A stretch of DNA of 64,000 bases. Origin: Candidatus Poribacteria bacterium (lineage in GTDB: Bacteria; Poribacteria; WGA-4E; PCPOR2b). The notes below the pieces were generated by a model, which was not told where the DNA came from, made no database searches, and saw only the letters and a program-made list of their open reading frames with translations. How positions within the stretch are numbered: position 1 is the stretch's first letter; every line of letters begins with the position of its first letter. The stretch covers positions 4,800,001 to 4,864,000 of the forward strand of contig OZ240245.1 in the NCBI GenBank assembly GCA_965198175.1, read 5' to 3'. Below, piece by piece: positions 59,361 to 64,000 of the stretch. Position numbers and translations under genes: made by a program.

Positions 59361-62090
59361 TTATTTCTTTACGCGACTCCACGCTGGCAAGGTAATCCCA
59401 CACAGTTCTGGCAAACCGACAGGTAACCCAGCAGTTCCTTCAGGTAACGTTGACGACAACTTGACAGGCAACCGTTTGGCAACGCCGTCTAAGGTGATTT
59501 CAACAACCTCTCCATCACCCACCTGAAGGCTAGCAGCGGTACTTGGGTTGAGCGCCAGGTAAGGTTGCGGCGACCGCTCGGCGACTGCCGGCGATAGGAT
59601 GCTCAACTCATCCGATCCGAAAATGTGATAAAGCGCGACAATCAACAACTCCCCGTCGCGCGGTTCAAACGAATCAGGAACATCGTTGAAGTAGTCGGGT
59701 TGCGAATTTTGCGAGGGTTCAATGAGGCGCCGACCGGGGTCGCCGCCATGCAAGTGCCCTCCTACTTCAATCTGGAATTTGTTTATCGCCTGGGGCGAAT
59801 TCCAGCCCGGCGACCAGAAGCGTGAGATTAAGGCAGAAGGCGGTGCACCCGTGTAGCCTTCCATTGAGAAGGAAAAAGGTGAATCCGGATCCTCCGGTGG
59901 TTTGGGTTCGTTGACATTCACATCTGCCAACTCTGATGTCCGTCCACTGTGCCGGGGAGACTGACGCGGTATCTTCTGGCCCACAACACGAAATCCTGCA
60001 GGCGGGGCAATCTCTGGAATGGCTTCAAAAATCGGGTAGGCTTGCGCCAATGCCGTGGTGATGTTATCCAGATTTTCCCAAGCTGGCGTCTCAAGTTGAC
60101 CTGCTGCTCCCATCAATTCTTGCAGCCACCTCCAACTCTCCTGTTCATCACCAGACGGAACAAACACTTGATAAAAACGCTGTGCGCGTCCCCCACTGTT
60201 TACGAGTGTGCCATCCGACTCCGCGAAGGTCCCCGCGGGGAGCACCACTTCAGCTTTTTCTGTCGTACAGTGGGTTAGATGCTCGATAGCGATGACATGC
60301 TTGGCTGTAGCGAGGAGTGAATCTACTGATGTGGCTTCCGCTCGTCGATAGAGGTCGTTTTCCAAGATAATGACAGTATCTACTTCGATCGCCTGCACTG
60401 CCTCAATTGCGGCATTGACATCGCGTTCCGCCATGAGTCTGACACCCATGCTATTGCATTCGGGTACCACAAAATAAACCTCTCCTACTCGCCCATCTTG
60501 GCACAACGCCCATGAAACGTTCGCCGCAGCCTGCATAACCGCTTCGCTGCCACAACTGGTCCCCGAGATAACGAGTGGGCGCTTAGATGCTTTCAGTGCT
60601 TGTGCGATACTATCGGCGAGTTGACTGACGGTGTCCGATAAGTCAGTAACGGAAGGTGCATCAGGGTCAAGCGCATGGGCAACGGCAAACCCCAATCGTG
60701 CTAAATCGTCGGGTGCCGCACGGTAAGTTTGGGTGGCAATAGTGTCCAGTTTTGTCGAGTTTGGCGTTGCAATGAAAAGCGGGCCCTTTTCATCTTGAAC
60801 AAGTTCTCGCACCGATGCATCATCCCACTCTGGAATTCTAAGCGCAGCCGCACGCTCGATAGGTTTTCGACGCACCGATTGTTTAACCGCCAAATCCAGC
60901 AGCGGGGCTGTGTTCGTCAAATCTTCACCGATCACAAACACCGCATCCGCCGATTCTACTTCCCGAAGCGAGGGTGTACGCGCAGGTCCCTCTTCAAGAA
61001 TCTGGATTGCGCTTGCAACGAGTCGGGAATCGTTCGCGGACATGCCGTTGTAGAATCGATCCGCGCCCACCAGCGTACGCAATGCAAAATTGGCTTCTAG
61101 CGAAGCACGCGGCGATCCAATCCCAATCATCTTCGCCCCATTCGATAGAAAGCTCGCGATCTTATCGCCTACAGCCGCTGGAGCGCTCGATTCTAAGTCG
61201 CCTCGATCATTGCGAAGCAGGGACTGACGTATGCGCTGGTCGCTATTCACAAAATCGTAGCCGAATCGCCCGCGGTCACACAAGAAATAGCCGTTGACCT
61301 CTCCGTTGTATCGACTAAGAATCGTCCGGATTTCGCCGTGACGCTCGCCGGGGATGGTGTTGCAGCCAAGTCCACAATGTACACAGACGGAGGGCGCTGT
61401 CTGGAGGTCCCACTTGCGCGTATAGTGTTCCTTGTACGTCTTGTCGGTAAAAACGCCGGTGGGACACACCTCAACCAAGTTGCCGCTAAACTCGCTTTCC
61501 AACACGCCATCCTCGAAGCGGCCAAAATACACCTCACCGCGCAACGCCAGCGTTGTCAGGTCATCGCCGCCGCCGTAATCCCGATAGAAGCGCACACATC
61601 GATAACAAGCAATACAACGATTCATCTCATGGTTGATAAAGGGACCAAGGTATTGATTCCGGTGGGTGCGCTTTTTGAATCGGTAGCGCCGATAGTTGTG
61701 TCCTGTCATCATCGTCATATCCTGTAGATGACAACTCCCGCCCTCATCGCACACCGGACAATCGTGCGGGTGATTGACCATCAGCCATTCGATAACGCTC
61801 TCTCGAAAATGTCCCGCCTCTTCATCCTCAATGGAAATACGTGTCTCATTAAGCGGAGGAATGAGGCTTTTGGAATTCACCGGCGTCATACAAGCCATAA
61901 CTATCTTGCCGCGTGTATCCTCTTCATCGCGAAATTGCTTTATGGCACACTGACGGCACGCGCCAACTGAACCCAATGCAGGATGCCAGCAAAAATAGGG
62001 GAGATTTAGCCCTAAAGAAAGCACCGCTTGCAGCAAATTCTGGTCATCGGCAACTTCATAAGGTTTATTGTCAATGTAAATTGTAGCCAT
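59361..62090 (-). CDS. nuoG: NADH-quinone oxidoreductase subunit G
   Basis: CWHPALGSVGACRQC, HPHDCPVCDEGG, CIACYRC, CVHCGLGC (N7-type cluster). Confidence 0.95.
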   Translation of the reverse strand: MATIYIDNKPYEVADDQNLLQAVLSLGLNLPYFCWHPALGSVGACRQCAIKQFRDEEDTRGKIVMACMTPVNSKSLIPPLNETRISIEDEEAGHFRESVIEWLMVNHPHDCPVCDEGGSCHLQDMTMMTGHNYRRYRFKKRTHRNQYLGPFINHEMNRCIACYRCVRFYRDYGGGDDLTTLALRGEVYFGRFEDGVLESEFSGNLVEVCPTGVFTDKTYKEHYTRKWDLQTAPSVCVHCGLGCNTIPGERHGEIRTILSRYNGEVNGYFLCDRGRFGYDFVNSDQRIRQSLLRNDRGDLESSAPAAVGDKIASFLSNGAKMIGIGSPRASLEANFALRTLVGADRFYNGMSANDSRLVASAIQILEEGPARTPSLREVESADAVFVIGEDLTNTAPLLDLAVKQSVRRKPIERAAALRIPEWDDASVRELVQDEKGPLFIATPNSTKLDTIATQTYRAAPDDLARLGFAVAHALDPDAPSVTDLSDTVSQLADSIAQALKASKRPLVISGTSCGSEAVMQAAANVSWALCQDGRVGEVYFVVPECNSMGVRLMAERDVNAAIEAVQAIEVDTVIILENDLYRRAEATSVDSLLATAKHVIAIEHLTHCTTEKAEVVLPAGTFAESDGTLVNSGGRAQRFYQVFVPSGDEQESWRWLQELMGAAGQLETPAWENLDNITTALAQAYPIFEAIPEIAPPAGFRVVGQKIPRQSPRHSGRTSELADVNVNEPKPPEDPDSPFSFSMEGYTGAPPSALISRFWSPGWNSPQAINKFQIEVGGHLHGGDPGRRLIEPSQNSQPDYFNDVPDSFEPRDGELLIVALYHIFGSDELSILSPAVAERSPQPYLALNPSTAASLQVGDGEVVEITLDGVAKRLPVKLSSTLPEGTAGLPVGLPELCGITLPAWSRVKK

Positions 62091-62147
62091 TATCGTTTCT
62101 TCAAATCGGTTTAGGAATTTAGAAAGGAATGTATCACCTGTTAGGCA

Positions 62148-63446
62148 TCACGACCCATACGGGCATCGCTTCTCACCGATATGCTGCTCAAAATCATCTC
62201 GGAAATATTTCAATCCGCTCTGTAGAGGCTCCACCGCTCCCGGCGCAAAAGCGCAAAAGGTGCGCCCAAGCATTCGAGTGATTGTATTAACAATGAACTC
62301 AAGGTTATCTATATCTTCAGATTTTCCGTCCCCTAATTCGATGGCGTCCAATAGACGATGCGTCCACGGAATGCCATCACGGCACGGAGTGCAAAAACCA
62401 CAAGATTCACGCGTGAAGAAGAGTTCAAGGTTACGAATCATTCCAACTGGACACGTCTTATCATCAAGAATAACCATGGTACCTGTTCCTAGACGGCTTC
62501 CCGCTTCCATAACAGGTTCGTAGTCCATCGGCAAATCGAGGTGCTCCTCAACCAAGAAATCCGTTGAGGCGCCGCCAGGCAGCACACCGCGGAACTTCAA
62601 TCCATCCTGCATTCCCCCCGCGTGTTCCTCCAGAAGCTCTCGCATCGGTGTTCCGAGGGGAAGTTCCCAAATCGCCGGTCGCTTAATTTTGCCGCTTGCT
62701 CCAAAGAGTTTTGTTCCGCCGTTTCCGCTATAACTCAAACTCTTATACCACTCAGCACCATTGGCGACAATATGGGGCACGTTGCAGAGCGTTTCTACAT
62801 TTTGCACGATGGTCGGCTTGCCCCACAAACCGGAGGTCTGTGGAAAGGGGGGTTTGGTGCGGGGAATCGGTCTTTTGCCCTCCAAAGCATTCATAAGCGC
62901 GGTCTCCTCGCCGCAGATATAGCGGCCAGCGCTTGTGTGCAGGTAGAGCTCTAAATTGTACCCCGATCCCAAGATGTTCTTACCGAGGTAGCCCGCATCA
63001 TATGCTTCAGTAATCGATTTTCTCAACAATGCTTCCGCTTTTTTATAAGCCCATCGTAGAAAAATGTAAGCGACATCCGCTTGGATAGCATATGCCGCCA
63101 GAATCATTCCCTCAATGAACTGATGCGGATCTCCTTCTAGGAGAAGGCGATCCTTAAAAGTTCCCGGCTCCATTTCATCGGCGTTGGCAACGAGATACTT
63201 GCGCTCAGGTGCCCTATCGCCCATAGGCACAAAACTCCATTTCATGCCCGTGGGAAAACCGGCGCCGCCGCGACCCCTTAGATTCGCCTCTTTGACAACC
63301 CCAGTAACTTCCTCTGGAACCATCTCCGTCATTGCTTTGCGGACAGCCTGATACCCGCCGGCACTCTCATATTGCTTCAAATCGAACGGCGTCTCACTGG
63401 GGCTAATGTTTTTCGTAAGCGGTTTTTCTCTGATAGGTTCACTCAT
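62148..63446 (-). CDS. nuoF: NADH-quinone oxidoreductase subunit F
   Basis: GRGGAGFPTG, NADEMEPG, YICGEETAL, ESCGFCTPCR. Confidence 0.95.
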   Translation of the reverse strand: MSEPIREKPLTKNISPSETPFDLKQYESAGGYQAVRKAMTEMVPEEVTGVVKEANLRGRGGAGFPTGMKWSFVPMGDRAPERKYLVANADEMEPGTFKDRLLLEGDPHQFIEGMILAAYAIQADVAYIFLRWAYKKAEALLRKSITEAYDAGYLGKNILGSGYNLELYLHTSAGRYICGEETALMNALEGKRPIPRTKPPFPQTSGLWGKPTIVQNVETLCNVPHIVANGAEWYKSLSYSGNGGTKLFGASGKIKRPAIWELPLGTPMRELLEEHAGGMQDGLKFRGVLPGGASTDFLVEEHLDLPMDYEPVMEAGSRLGTGTMVILDDKTCPVGMIRNLELFFTRESCGFCTPCRDGIPWTHRLLDAIELGDGKSEDIDNLEFIVNTITRMLGRTFCAFAPGAVEPLQSGLKYFRDDFEQHIGEKRCPYGS

Positions 63447-63451
63447 GCCAA

Positions 63452-63919
63452 CTATCCCTCGCAACTCTCAAGGATGCCGTCAATCTTTTCTTCATCCAAA
63501 TCCCTGTGAAGCGTTTCATCAATCATCATCGCTGGCGCATGATCGCACGTGCCGAGGCACTGCATCGGCAACAGCGTAAACTCATTGTCCTCACTAGTCT
63601 CTCCGAAATTGATGCCGAGCCGTTTTGTGAAATGCTCACGCATCCGATCGCACCCCATGACCCAACAACTAACGCTATCGCAGAGCAGAATCACATGCTT
63701 TCCCACCGGCTTGCGGTAAATCAAATTGTAGAATGTAGCGACGCCATCCAGCTCCGCCGGGGACATCTCCAAAAGTTCAGCGATGTCCTTGATGCTTTCA
63801 TCCGACACCCAGCCTCGATGTTTTTGAACAATCTTCAGCGCATCGACACTTACCGCCTGCTTATAATCAAAATGCTTGGTCTCTTCTTCGATTTCTTGCC
63901 GTTCTTCTTCTGTCAGCAT
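63452..63919 (-). CDS. nuoE: NADH-quinone oxidoreductase subunit E
   Basis: CDSVSC..CLGTC 2Fe-2S motif. Confidence 0.95.
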   Translation of the reverse strand: MLTEEERQEIEEETKHFDYKQAVSVDALKIVQKHRGWVSDESIKDIAELLEMSPAELDGVATFYNLIYRKPVGKHVILLCDSVSCWVMGCDRMREHFTKRLGINFGETSEDNEFTLLPMQCLGTCDHAPAMMIDETLHRDLDEEKIDGILESCEG

Positions 63920-63976
63920 TGCGTCTTCCAAATACGGAATGGCAAGATAGCATCTTGCCCTCTAGAATCTCCATCG

Positions 63977-64000
63977 TCAACGGTCTATGTCCGCCAATAC
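63977..64000 (-). CDS. nuoD: 3' end of NADH-quinone oxidoreductase subunit D (or fused CD)
   Basis: VLADIDR* typical NuoD C-terminus, directly upstream of nuoE. Confidence 0.75.
   Translation of the reverse strand, partial: VLADIDR

Overview
Bacterial chromosomal window. Candidatus Poribacteria is the likely source, inferred from the C-terminal 'AVEPxGKLTTTWGKxK' tails and the giant C25/FlgD-Ig protein; this is not verified. Order of contents: ndk 3' end; DUF58 gene; tRNA cluster (Pro, a decayed tRNA-like element, Arg, His, a defective Arg-TCG, Lys, Leu); tig-clpP-clpX-lon-S4 protein; a 2104-aa gingipain/PorU-like C25 peptidase; formyltransferase-like and GT39-like genes. Next is a mosaic ~10 kb duplicated region (17.7-27.4 kb) with two copies each of a large glycosidase-like gene and a small secreted DUF1080-like gene, surrounding a deacylase and a frameshifted enolase-superfamily gene. 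Then come a lipoprotein, an ATP-grasp-like gene, serA, DAHP synthase behind a candidate Phe/Tyr leader-peptide attenuator, a methyltransferase and leuA. A 5 kb accessory patch follows (SDR remnant, intact IS5-family element, small ORFs, TolB-like lipoprotein, REP/MITE-like repeats, hicB plus broken hicA). The window ends with lpdA-aceF-aceE, 2-oxoacid:ferredoxin oxidoreductase, a HEAT-repeat gene and nuoN-E plus the end of nuoD/CD. The most interesting candidates are the aromatic leader-peptide attenuator, a possible C25-sortase/'TWG'-tail protein-sorting system, the module-shuffled duplication and the tRNA-like element. All calls were made by eye from motifs; no searches were run.
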